DNA of 64,000 bases from Candidatus Woesearchaeota archaeon (lineage in GTDB: Archaea > Nanobdellota > Nanobdellia > Woesearchaeales > JABGXB01), in contig JABGXB010000002.1 in NCBI GenBank assembly GCA_018675975.1, forward strand, positions 380,098 through 444,097, given 5' to 3'. Below the pieces are notes generated by a model that saw nothing but the letters and a program-made list of their open reading frames with translations, was not told where the DNA came from and did no database searches. The position numbers and the translations under genes were made by a program. Each line of letters opens with the position of its first letter. Position 1 is the first letter of the stretch. Below, in pieces: positions 29,201-38,914 of the stretch.

Positions 29201-32200
29201 TTAGTTTTAGACTATAGAATTAATTTAGTAAATAATAATGAATTTTTACAAATAGATCATTTGTCAAATAGATTTAGCGAAAATAATTTTTATAGTAATG
29301 AAATGACGTATATTGGTGATTCAAATACAATAACTAATGTAAATAAAATTTTATCTTTAACTAATTTGGGTGTAGATTCACAAAAATCAACAAGAATGAA
29401 ATTTTTATCAGAATTAAAAAACAGTATTTTTAATTCAGGCCATGAAATTTGTACTTATTATAAAGGTGAATTTTGTGCAGAGTATATTAATGATGATTAT
29501 GCATCTCAAAATGTAGGTTTATTAGATGATAATATTTTTACAGGTAATTTAGATCCAAATGATTTAAAACAATTAATTAGTGAATATTCACAAGCAGATA
29601 AATTTAATTCAAATGATTTATTGCAAAATGTACCAAGTGTACGTGTTGAATGTAATCAATTCAATTTTCCAAAAAGAATTGAAAATACAGCCGAATCAAT
29701 TTGTTTTAGTGAATCTGGTGTAAGTGGTGAAAGATATCCTTTTGTTTGTTCAATAACTAGTAATCCAAATAAAACTCAATGTATTAAATATCCTGATTTG
29801 TTAAATAGTGGATCTACAGAATTTCAAAAGTTTAGACATGATATATTAAAAGATACTGATTTAGGTTTTGGTTTTAATTCACAAAATGAATATAATGAAC
29901 CGTTACAACAAGAAGATCCGATTTCAAAATTATCATTAATTACTCAAATTAATGTCAAATCAAATCTTTATACTTCTTTTGATAGGGGTGATTCAGTTTA
30001 TGATACTTGGCAAAGTTGTACTGATGCATTAATTCCTTTAAATAAAGATGAAACATATAGAGAAAGTGGTTGTTATGGCTATAGATCTAAAAATGCATGT
30101 TTAGATAATCCTTGTAATTTTGGTTATGAGGGTAAATGTGAATATTATGATTCTGGTTTTAGTGAAAATGGTGATGAAATTTCAAAGGGTTTTTGTTATG
30201 ATTCAAAACCAATAGTAAATCATTGTGATTTGGTAAATACAGATGATTTATATCAATTTGGAAATATAACTGAAAATATTTGTTCTAATTTAGGTCAATG
30301 TTATTTAGGAAAAGATCAAAATAGTGATAATGATTTTGTTTGTTTAGAATGTACTCAAGCAACAACTTGTTCTGATTATAAAAGCGAAACTGCCTGTACT
30401 AGTAGTGATGTCTGTCAATTAAATAATTGTTTATGGAATTTAACAGAAGAAAAATGTAGTGTAGATAAAAATTTAGATGGTATATCTAATGATGGAACTA
30501 GTAATGAAAACTATAAAATAAATTCATTTTTGAATTTAAATAATAATAATGAATATGAATTATTATTTAGATCTTATCCTAATGACGAACATAAAAAAAT
30601 ATCTGCAGATATTGATTCTTTTTATGCAAATGAAAAATACAAATTAACTTCAACAGCATTTAAATTACAAAATGGGGATTGGATTAAATTAAATTCAGAT
30701 GAATTTCAAACTAATGCTACTTTATTTAATGAAAACCCTACTGATGAACAATTTTCTTTTGTTCTTGAAACTAGCGGAGATGTAAATAGTGCAAAAACTC
30801 AATTATTAAATACAGAATTTGAACAATTAGATTCAAATGCAATTATTGTAAATTTAAGTTATTTTACTTTAGATAATAATGGATTACAACATAATAAAAA
30901 AACAAGAAATGTTTTAATTGATAATTTAAAACCAAATATTAGTATAGTTTTTAGTGAATTAGAGCGGCTTGATGATAAACATGATATTTTAGTATTAAGA
31001 TCTGCTGATGAACTTATTTTTGATTCAAATGGAAAAAGGAATAAATGTGATGATAAATTTGAACTTTTTAATTTTGAAACTAATGCTTTTGTTGAAATAC
31101 CATCAATTTCACCCAAAAATAATGTTTATTTCACTAATAATAAATATCAATTTTTAACTGAATTTAGTTTTAGTGAATTAGATGATGGTTTGTATAAGTT
31201 TTCATCAAAATGTAAAGATTTAGCTGGTAATGTAAATGAAAAAAGTTTAAGTTTTATATTAAATGCAGGTGTAATAATTAAAAATGTTTATCCTCTAGTT
31301 GGTGAGGTTGTAGCAGGACCTCAACAAGATTTTTCAGCTGAATTATATAGAGAAGCAAAACAATGTAAATATGAATTATATTTTAATGGAGCGAGAGTTA
31401 ATGTAACTAATAAAAACAATTTTAAAAATGATTTTAATAGTAAATTTAAATTTGGTCAAAAAATTCCTGATTATGATATTAATGAAAATAAATATATTAT
31501 TTCTGATAATGCAATAACTTTTGATGATTTATGTAGTCAACCTGATGATGAATTTAATAGTAGAAGTTGTAGGACAAGCTCTGGAACTTTTTCATTAAAT
31601 AGTACTTTTTCATCAGGTAATGTTTCATTTGGTTTTGATTTTTCAAATAATATTAAAATGTTGAATTCATTTCAAACGGGCTCAGTTTTTATTAATGCAA
31701 GTTGTTTAGTTCAAAATGGTACTGATTTTGAAGAATTTGTTCCAAAGAATTTTTCCATTACACAATTTTATATTGATAGATTGCCACCTAAAACAGAAAT
31801 TTTAACAATACCTTCAATTGCAACTTCAAAAAATACTTGGTTAAATTATGAAGATTTGAAAGGTAGTGGAACCAATGTTGGCTTTACATTTAGTTGTACA
31901 GATTATCCTAATATTGATGGTACTAATGCTGGTTGTGATGAAACTAAACTTGCAGAGTATTATATTGTAAATTATGGTACAAATTGTATTGGAAACGCAC
32001 CTTATGAATTTGCACCAAGTTTAACTGCAAGTTCAAGTAGTTCAATAAGCAAAAGTTCAACTCTTTGTTATAGATCTATTGACACATTAGGAAATAAAGA
32101 AGATGTAAATTCTATTAATTTTTTAATTGATACTGAATTTCCTGCATTTGAATTAAATGGTATTTCAAAACCTGCTTTAGATAAAGAAAATATTGCAAAT

Positions 32201-35200
32201 GATAAAAAACAAACAATAAATAATTATATTGAAGATTATAAAACAAAATTATATTTTAATACAAGTGATAAAATTACAAATATTTCAAAAATAAAATTAT
32301 ATAAAAAATCTGATAATTCATATTCATTAATTGATATATATGATTTCAATACAGAAACATCTGGTTTGATTTCAATTGATTCAAAAAGTTTAGATAATAA
32401 AAATGTACATTTTAGTTTCGTATTGCCGGTTGATGATAATATAACCAATATAAAAATTGAAGTAGAGGATTTTGCAGGAAACATTAATTCCTATAAATAT
32501 TATTTATTTTATGATTTAATTAAACCAGAATTATATATTGATTTTTTAGATAAGGGTTTTGATTATTTAAGTCCAATAAATTTTGAAGTTAGTTTAGATG
32601 ATAATAAATATATAGCTGATGAAGGATATAATTTTATTTCAAATACAGTTTTTACAAAAATAAATATAATACCTGATAAACTTCATAATTTTAATATAAG
32701 TGATGGTAATTTTAAAAATAAACAAATATTAAAAAACAAATTAGATTTTTTAAATACTTATTTTGATGCTTTAATATATAATCAATATCATAATTATGAA
32801 GAATTTGGTCTTGATAGTAAAACTGCGAATAAATTACATAATTTTGATTTTGAAACTAAACAATTAACAGGGGAAAAATTATATGGTCTTAATAATTTTA
32901 TTCCAGGCACATATAATATTACTTTATTTTATGAAGATAATTATGGTAATGGAGATAATTATACATTTAAATTATATATTAATCCAATTGAACTTTTAAC
33001 TCCTGAAAGTTTTGAAGTTAATTTATATGAAAATTCAAAAATTATTCAAATTGTAAATAGAACAACTAATGCAGAATTTGAAATTTCTTCAAATCAGTTA
33101 ATAACTGATATTATTTCTTTTTCATCAAGAGAAGATTCAACTTCAAATACACATATTGCATATAAAACAGACACACCTGATTATAGTTTGAGTTTTGATC
33201 CGAATTTAAAAATAAAAAGTGATTATAATTTACCAGTAACATTTCAAAATTCAAATATAGAATTTTCAAAAGACGGAACTATGTTAAATATTAATAATGC
33301 TAAATTTCACATTTTAGTTAAAGATATTTTTGGAACTGAATATGATACAACTATTGGTAATGATATTGCAGTTGATTTTAAAGGTCCAGAAAATTATGAA
33401 TTAAAACCAAATTTAAAACAAACAATTGATATTTTTACTTTAGATTATATGGAAATTCCAAATAGATATCAATTTTATGATTCATCTTTATATGATGAAT
33501 ATGGATTAATTACAAATAAAGAAAACTTTTACATAAGTGGTACTGTAAATACAAGAGCAGATAAACCTAAGTTATATTCAAAAAATAAAACTAATTTAAT
33601 ATATAATACTCATTTTATTGATGTAAGTGAATATCATGAAACTATTGGAGAATTTACTGTTGATTATGTTAATTTTGATCCTTATAAAAAATCTGAGCTT
33701 ATGACTACGGCAAATGAAATTTATTTAACTAATAAATTTATGAAAAGTAATGAATATATGACTGGTAATTTTGTAAATCATGAAAAAATATTATCTTCAG
33801 AACTTGATACAGAAACTCTTGGAACAAAAATAACTTTTGCAAATTTAATACAAGATAAAACACAAGCAATTTTTGAATTATATGAAAAAGAAAGTTATCC
33901 TTTATCATTTTTTAAAATATATGATTTAGAAGAATTACATGGAAGTGCTTTGCCTGAGGCACCAACAAAATATAATTTTGATTTAAAAGTTTATGATCAT
34001 TTCAATAATGATGGAAATTTCAAATCAAATAATAAGTTAGTTAATAATATTGGTTTTAATGTAACTTATGATGGTATTGCACCAAGCTATGACATTATAT
34101 TTCCAAAAGAAAGAGACTATATAATTGAAGATGACTCTCTTTTTAATTTAAATATGAATGATGATATAAAAATTGAATCAATTCATTTAAATATAGTTCG
34201 TAAAAAAATAGACGGTACTGAATTAATAATTTCAGAGACTTTCAATAATCCTGTAAATTTATTTAATAAAATATATGCAAATAATGATATTGGAATAAAT
34301 GCAGATGGAAATTATTTTTATAATTTTACAATTAAAGATGTTGCCGGAAATTTAAATAAAAGTAAGAATATTGACTTTTTTGTATTAAGAGGAGCACCAC
34401 AATTAGTGAGCAAAAGTATAGGTGGTAATAAAGTTGAAGGGGACCGTAATGAATATATTAATACTATAAAAAAACCTAATTTAGTTTTTAATTTTTCATT
34501 TAATGATGAAGATTTTGAATGGGGTTTTAATGTAAGTAATTTTTATTTAGAAAGATATGAAAATGGAAATTGGATAATAATAAAAGAATATGATAATTAT
34601 AATTTAGATTTTAATAGTATAAAACCACATAAATTAGAATATGATCCTTCTAATAGATTATTACATAGAAATTATACTAATTTCACCTTTTTTATTGAAG
34701 ATGATATTTTTAATGCTAAAGAAACTGGTGAATTAGATGAAAATAAATATAGATTACATTTTAATGCAACAAAAGGTAAAAGAGAACATTTGACATATAT
34801 TAATTTTGATTATGCACCAATAAAATTTGAAGCAGAGTATTATTTTTATTTTGTAATTGATAATACTGATCCGGATATTGACTTTAATATGCCTAGTGCA
34901 ACGAATTTATTAAATTTTGATTTTACTGGATTTAATAATGAAATTAATTTATTTAATGTATCTCCATTACCAAAACTAGATTTTGTTAAATTTTCAAATA
35001 ATGATGCAGGTGCATTTAATGGAAATGCAAAACTTGAGCAAATGGAAAATGATAATCAAGAAATTATATTAAATTATGGTATTAAATTAACTGATAAAGC
35101 ATTAAATGAAAAAACATATAATGATTTTAGTATTTTGTATGATAGGAAAATACCTGATACGACATGGACTATAGAAAGTTTAGAAAATAATATTATGCAT

Positions 35201-38200
35201 AATGAATTAGGTAAACATTTTTCAAATAATGATCAGTTTACAATTAGAGTTTCAACATCTGAAAACGTTAATTCAAATTTAATCGTAGAACAAAAAATTA
35301 ATGATGAATTTGTAATATTAAAAGTGTTCAGTCAATTTACATCTATTTCAGATACTGATATTTTAAATGGTAAATTTATTAATTTAAATGAAATTCCAAT
35401 TTCTTTCTTTCCATTAAAAGACACACATTTAAAATTTACTATTACTGGTACTGATTATGTAAATAATAATTTTGAAAATAGCACTGAAATTATTATAGAT
35501 AAAACACCTCCAAAAATATTAGACTTTAAACCATTATCTGCATCTCAAATAAAACCAAATTTTAAATTCAAAACTAATGAATTTGCAAATTGTAATTTAT
35601 TTTATGAAAATATTGATTCAAATAATTTAATTACAACAAAAAGATTATCCCAAATAAACATTATTGATCATTCATTTATTCCAAATGAAGATATAACTAC
35701 AATTCAAAGAGCCTTGGCTATAAAAAAACCAATTCCAGTTAATTTATCAATTGAATGTGAAGATAAAAGAGGTAATTTTGGTATTACTAAATTAAAATAT
35801 TATATAGATTATTCAATTCCAAATTTTGTTTTTGAAGATAGTGACAATACATGTACTGAAACTGATTGTATTAAATATAAAACATATTTTGTCGAAGAAG
35901 GTGATTATGAAAACAATGTGAGTACAATTAATTTATTAGCACACGAACTTAGTGAAGAATCTTTTTGTTATTATATCAAATTAGATAATTTAACAAATTA
36001 TAATTATTCAAATGATGATTTTAATATAATTAATGAAGATTTTGATAATATTTATTCTAAAGATTTTGACTTAAATGATCCAAATACAAAATTAAGTGTA
36101 ACTGAATTTAATAAAATATTAAATACTTTAACAAATAAAAGAATAATTCCGAATAATACTTGGACTAAATTAAAATTAAATGAAATTACTCAAAATTATT
36201 ATGACACTTTAATATTAAATGAAAGTCAAAGACATATTTTTGTAGGTACTTGTTTAGACAAATCTAATAATTCAGGATATAGTCAAGTATTAGAATATAA
36301 TATAGATTTTGATGGACCTGTTTCAATATTATTTGATGAATATAATAAACTTACAAATAAAAAAAATCACATAATTAATTTTTATACAAGGCGAGATGCA
36401 ATTTGTGATGTTGATGGTGATAATGTAATTTATACAGAACGTAAAAATGGATTATATGAATATAATTATGAAGTTGAATTAAGTGAAGGAAATAATGAAT
36501 TTGATATTAATTGTAATGCTTTAAATGAAAGAGGTATTGCAAATAGTAAAATGTATGATATTGTTTTAGATATAACACCTCCAAATTTAATAATTCATAG
36601 TGATAATGAAATTATGACTGATGATTATAAATATGAATTAAGTATTGAAAGTAATGAATTATTTGATTTAAACATTAATAATTTATTATATGGTTATTAT
36701 GATATTAAAATAAATGATATTGAAAAAAATAAAAAACAAAATTATACTTTATCATTAAATCCTGCTTTGAATATTTTTGTGATTAATATTAGTGATAAGG
36801 CAGGTAATATTGCAGGAAATTTAATTAATATAGTACGACTTACGACATCAAATGATGTATCAGATTCTTTTGTTGGATTTCCAGGTGATGGTGCAATTAT
36901 TAATAAATTAAATAGAACTGCTGCAGTATTTTCAAATACACGTGAATCACATTCTCCAATCAATTTAAATAAATCGATTTTATATTTAGAATCTTTAAAT
37001 AATCCAACTAAATTAGTTTATGGTAATTTAAGTACAAAAGTTTGTAAATTTCAACCACCTGAATCCCTTGAAAATAAAAATGATAATGATTTAGAATATA
37101 TTAATATTACAACAGAAAATGAAACCTTATATTTAAAAAAACCCATTTTAGTCCATAGTGCACAACAAAAAGGATTTTCGCTTCATAATAATATAATTGG
37201 TGATTTTGCTAAATTTAATAATACTCTATTTAATTATTCAATTAAATTTGATTCATATAAATTAAATAATATTAATATTATAGATGGTTTAAAAATATTA
37301 AATCATAAAGTTGAATATTTTTTAATGACTAGAATTTCAGATACAATATTTTTAGAATTTTTCTTTTTAGATGAATTTGGAAATAAACATTCATTTGTTT
37401 TAAGTGATGCTTTTGATAATAAATTTACAGAAGCTTCATCAAATAATGCGAAATTTAAAACTAAATTTGATATTTCAATAATTGGTGATGATATTCATTT
37501 AAATAAAATTGATTATGTATTTGAATTAACTAAAGCAATTTATTTATATAAAGATCAAAGATTAAGTCAAGAATTATCAATAAATTATTTAAGAAATGGA
37601 ATTTCTTCAGGTCTATTATCAAATTGGTGGGATTTTATTTATAGAGGAACTGATTCAGCTTATTCAGGTAGTTTAGGTGAAGATGATTTATTTGCAAACA
37701 GATATAGAACAAGTAAAGAATTGTTAAGTTTTGAAAATGTAATTGGTGGCCTTTTAACTAGTGATAATTTTTCATATAGTTTTGGATTTTATACACTTGA
37801 TTGTGAAAATATTGATGTAAATAATGTTAAATTAAATAATGAATTTGATAAACAAAAAAAAGAAATTAATTTTGAAAATATTCCTAATGATAAATATTTA
37901 ATTTCAGCTGTACCAGTTAATAATCAAAATTTTGCAGGTGTTGCTTCATTTATTTATTTTGATGTTAATAGTAATGTTCCGCAAATTAATAGAGTTAAAC
38001 CTGATTCAAATTTATTAAATGATATTAATCAACAATTTGAACATAATATTTTATTAAATTCAAATGAAAATTCTTTGAGTGAAGTCAATTATAAATTTAA
38101 AGGTCAAACAAATAATTTAAATCCTATTAGGCTAAATGATGAATATACTACATTAATGGATTTAAGGTTGGATTCAGGTATTAAAAATATATTTGAATTA

Positions 38201-38914
38201 ACTGTATTATCAACTAATGATGATTTTGCTACAACAGGTAAAGAAACATATATGGTAAATGAACGTGGATTCAATGATCCAAATTTAATCGTTTCAGAAA
38301 TTCACAAAACTTTTGATTTAAATGATGATTGTAATTTAAAATGTAGATTAAAAGGTTTTTCAGAAAATTCTTGTAAATTAACTTGTAATAATATTAATGA
38401 TGATAAATTAAATATATTATTAAGTAAACATGGTTTTAGTAAGGGTAGTAGTGAATTATTTGGAACTAAAGATAATAGTTTTAAAAGAGAAAGCGAAATT
38501 AAAAATTTCTTAAAAACATGGTATGTTGCTCCATTAAATATAACTATTACTGATTTTATTGACTTTTCAGATTATACTTTTATTTCATTAATATCTTTAG
38601 ATAATGGAGTTAATACATTAATACAACAAGCAGAAGATTTATTATCATATGAGGCAGATAGAAGTTCAATCAATATAGAAATAAAATCAATTATTGAAAA
38701 TAATGGAAATATTGATGTTTCATATATACTAAAGGACGGCATTCGTATAATTAGTATGTCTGATCATTTAAAACTCAATAATGGTGTTTATTATTTTAAT
38801 GATTTTAAAACATATAGTGATTTAGAATCTGATAATAAATACTTAAATAGTGGTGTGAATAATATATTTAATCACAGAATAAAATACAATGAAACATTTG
38901 CAATTAAAAATTAA
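26207..38914 (+). CDS. Giant (4235 aa) secreted surface protein with Cys-rich modules, Asp-rich Ca-binding-like motifs and many Ig-like repeats
   Basis: Sec-type signal (MLKKGVFFNLLVLILLVLPLIQG). DTDYDGVFDHVDVCP and DGVDNDCDGAID motifs. Recurrent D-x-x-GN and (I)D-x-x-x-P linkers typical of tandem Ig-like domains. Uninterrupted 12.7-kb frame. Confidence 0.85.
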   Translation: MLKKGVFFNLLVLILLVLPLIQGAEYYSVPDNFDFFNRTDVKFNPDLISSATYTCADINGNLCERFPDDSCELFINSNELEKSGTNLCSNNAGCVFLNPPKGYGGEGTPLSHLCNVENYDYYNQPLLSLMAQCVTANDGVDCDLNSTFQGYDSQMCNIVLCSINKENEINGTISVPQGLNVGIGDITVNFIASLAVSNSPGYKGIVELKDNKLFYRIQGLPDNLPNGVLSISADSKFNLQKEIKKNVEINTINNIDLLFTIDVNVNLDLTFKSNGVEILNPKGYVTVISEIDLREETKDFSDDLMNFPDLPARNVTVFSYIDGYEFKKTKFELTEDINIKEIDLKVLTSPKHITLTVKNFNDVDLPDVNIYFKSTGNSPFSGFNKTDTTGNSGFNLPVGAAGYFLFKKFGYVEKIVNYDSTNFNSNIQLDAWVSRKCSEFGGDLYLRKTLLSENKYCSSSGYINMYKNNISFSEGNVPLDENNIDDYVCCTEIVTTNLPFKDTDYDGVFDHVDVCPKNALIQTKNDPLYSETESPSKSHEDISFCQDGVDNDCDGAIDNLDDDCNNVCSINNCNINDKEYCFDNDGTPETKTINKDTSGIAILDDTLFEYCSQCQSIDSAFCQDKLLGQVDYECCNNVCETPEDIFNLNVEDSICSANQNVCKSGTCVLLDSCVQNTFFGKINILDANAENSCVCGSTIVDYNNQDESSACCINGNYYSDCNGILNTFKIKLSFYDQKGQDLFLPFSEQVQLLIIPRETSNIKPFRFDQTGSNGIITGLLSSDYTLIVTAVDRNPEFVEITKSDFEKAVDNSHEINKRVEFKTNLNLECANKEPNVNFKVSSIKSEPNSNITWTNPCSEYNESNLITHYLIKRTKLNYFDFRTKDLVTDYTNLISNSFGVGIDYRDDGFLPSDYASEFVALIPNNKYEIDSNSDCTDESNSECALKDEFGRIIHKENWTYVDELDKWGIELDGNKNSYLYEMRAYYVGNRHSKFSIPDLVLDYRINLVNNNEFLQIDHLSNRFSENNFYSNEMTYIGDSNTITNVNKILSLTNLGVDSQKSTRMKFLSELKNSIFNSGHEICTYYKGEFCAEYINDDYASQNVGLLDDNIFTGNLDPNDLKQLISEYSQADKFNSNDLLQNVPSVRVECNQFNFPKRIENTAESICFSESGVSGERYPFVCSITSNPNKTQCIKYPDLLNSGSTEFQKFRHDILKDTDLGFGFNSQNEYNEPLQQEDPISKLSLITQINVKSNLYTSFDRGDSVYDTWQSCTDALIPLNKDETYRESGCYGYRSKNACLDNPCNFGYEGKCEYYDSGFSENGDEISKGFCYDSKPIVNHCDLVNTDDLYQFGNITENICSNLGQCYLGKDQNSDNDFVCLECTQATTCSDYKSETACTSSDVCQLNNCLWNLTEEKCSVDKNLDGISNDGTSNENYKINSFLNLNNNNEYELLFRSYPNDEHKKISADIDSFYANEKYKLTSTAFKLQNGDWIKLNSDEFQTNATLFNENPTDEQFSFVLETSGDVNSAKTQLLNTEFEQLDSNAIIVNLSYFTLDNNGLQHNKKTRNVLIDNLKPNISIVFSELERLDDKHDILVLRSADELIFDSNGKRNKCDDKFELFNFETNAFVEIPSISPKNNVYFTNNKYQFLTEFSFSELDDGLYKFSSKCKDLAGNVNEKSLSFILNAGVIIKNVYPLVGEVVAGPQQDFSAELYREAKQCKYELYFNGARVNVTNKNNFKNDFNSKFKFGQKIPDYDINENKYIISDNAITFDDLCSQPDDEFNSRSCRTSSGTFSLNSTFSSGNVSFGFDFSNNIKMLNSFQTGSVFINASCLVQNGTDFEEFVPKNFSITQFYIDRLPPKTEILTIPSIATSKNTWLNYEDLKGSGTNVGFTFSCTDYPNIDGTNAGCDETKLAEYYIVNYGTNCIGNAPYEFAPSLTASSSSSISKSSTLCYRSIDTLGNKEDVNSINFLIDTEFPAFELNGISKPALDKENIANDKKQTINNYIEDYKTKLYFNTSDKITNISKIKLYKKSDNSYSLIDIYDFNTETSGLISIDSKSLDNKNVHFSFVLPVDDNITNIKIEVEDFAGNINSYKYYLFYDLIKPELYIDFLDKGFDYLSPINFEVSLDDNKYIADEGYNFISNTVFTKINIIPDKLHNFNISDGNFKNKQILKNKLDFLNTYFDALIYNQYHNYEEFGLDSKTANKLHNFDFETKQLTGEKLYGLNNFIPGTYNITLFYEDNYGNGDNYTFKLYINPIELLTPESFEVNLYENSKIIQIVNRTTNAEFEISSNQLITDIISFSSREDSTSNTHIAYKTDTPDYSLSFDPNLKIKSDYNLPVTFQNSNIEFSKDGTMLNINNAKFHILVKDIFGTEYDTTIGNDIAVDFKGPENYELKPNLKQTIDIFTLDYMEIPNRYQFYDSSLYDEYGLITNKENFYISGTVNTRADKPKLYSKNKTNLIYNTHFIDVSEYHETIGEFTVDYVNFDPYKKSELMTTANEIYLTNKFMKSNEYMTGNFVNHEKILSSELDTETLGTKITFANLIQDKTQAIFELYEKESYPLSFFKIYDLEELHGSALPEAPTKYNFDLKVYDHFNNDGNFKSNNKLVNNIGFNVTYDGIAPSYDIIFPKERDYIIEDDSLFNLNMNDDIKIESIHLNIVRKKIDGTELIISETFNNPVNLFNKIYANNDIGINADGNYFYNFTIKDVAGNLNKSKNIDFFVLRGAPQLVSKSIGGNKVEGDRNEYINTIKKPNLVFNFSFNDEDFEWGFNVSNFYLERYENGNWIIIKEYDNYNLDFNSIKPHKLEYDPSNRLLHRNYTNFTFFIEDDIFNAKETGELDENKYRLHFNATKGKREHLTYINFDYAPIKFEAEYYFYFVIDNTDPDIDFNMPSATNLLNFDFTGFNNEINLFNVSPLPKLDFVKFSNNDAGAFNGNAKLEQMENDNQEIILNYGIKLTDKALNEKTYNDFSILYDRKIPDTTWTIESLENNIMHNELGKHFSNNDQFTIRVSTSENVNSNLIVEQKINDEFVILKVFSQFTSISDTDILNGKFINLNEIPISFFPLKDTHLKFTITGTDYVNNNFENSTEIIIDKTPPKILDFKPLSASQIKPNFKFKTNEFANCNLFYENIDSNNLITTKRLSQINIIDHSFIPNEDITTIQRALAIKKPIPVNLSIECEDKRGNFGITKLKYYIDYSIPNFVFEDSDNTCTETDCIKYKTYFVEEGDYENNVSTINLLAHELSEESFCYYIKLDNLTNYNYSNDDFNIINEDFDNIYSKDFDLNDPNTKLSVTEFNKILNTLTNKRIIPNNTWTKLKLNEITQNYYDTLILNESQRHIFVGTCLDKSNNSGYSQVLEYNIDFDGPVSILFDEYNKLTNKKNHIINFYTRRDAICDVDGDNVIYTERKNGLYEYNYEVELSEGNNEFDINCNALNERGIANSKMYDIVLDITPPNLIIHSDNEIMTDDYKYELSIESNELFDLNINNLLYGYYDIKINDIEKNKKQNYTLSLNPALNIFVINISDKAGNIAGNLINIVRLTTSNDVSDSFVGFPGDGAIINKLNRTAAVFSNTRESHSPINLNKSILYLESLNNPTKLVYGNLSTKVCKFQPPESLENKNDNDLEYINITTENETLYLKKPILVHSAQQKGFSLHNNIIGDFAKFNNTLFNYSIKFDSYKLNNINIIDGLKILNHKVEYFLMTRISDTIFLEFFFLDEFGNKHSFVLSDAFDNKFTEASSNNAKFKTKFDISIIGDDIHLNKIDYVFELTKAIYLYKDQRLSQELSINYLRNGISSGLLSNWWDFIYRGTDSAYSGSLGEDDLFANRYRTSKELLSFENVIGGLLTSDNFSYSFGFYTLDCENIDVNNVKLNNEFDKQKKEINFENIPNDKYLISAVPVNNQNFAGVASFIYFDVNSNVPQINRVKPDSNLLNDINQQFEHNILLNSNENSLSEVNYKFKGQTNNLNPIRLNDEYTTLMDLRLDSGIKNIFELTVLSTNDDFATTGKETYMVNERGFNDPNLIVSEIHKTFDLNDDCNLKCRLKGFSENSCKLTCNNINDDKLNILLSKHGFSKGSSELFGTKDNSFKRESEIKNFLKTWYVAPLNITITDFIDFSDYTFISLISLDNGVNTLIQQAEDLLSYEADRSSINIEIKSIIENNGNIDVSYILKDGIRIISMSDHLKLNNGVYYFNDFKTYSDLESDNKYLNSGVNNIFNHRIKYNETFAIKN

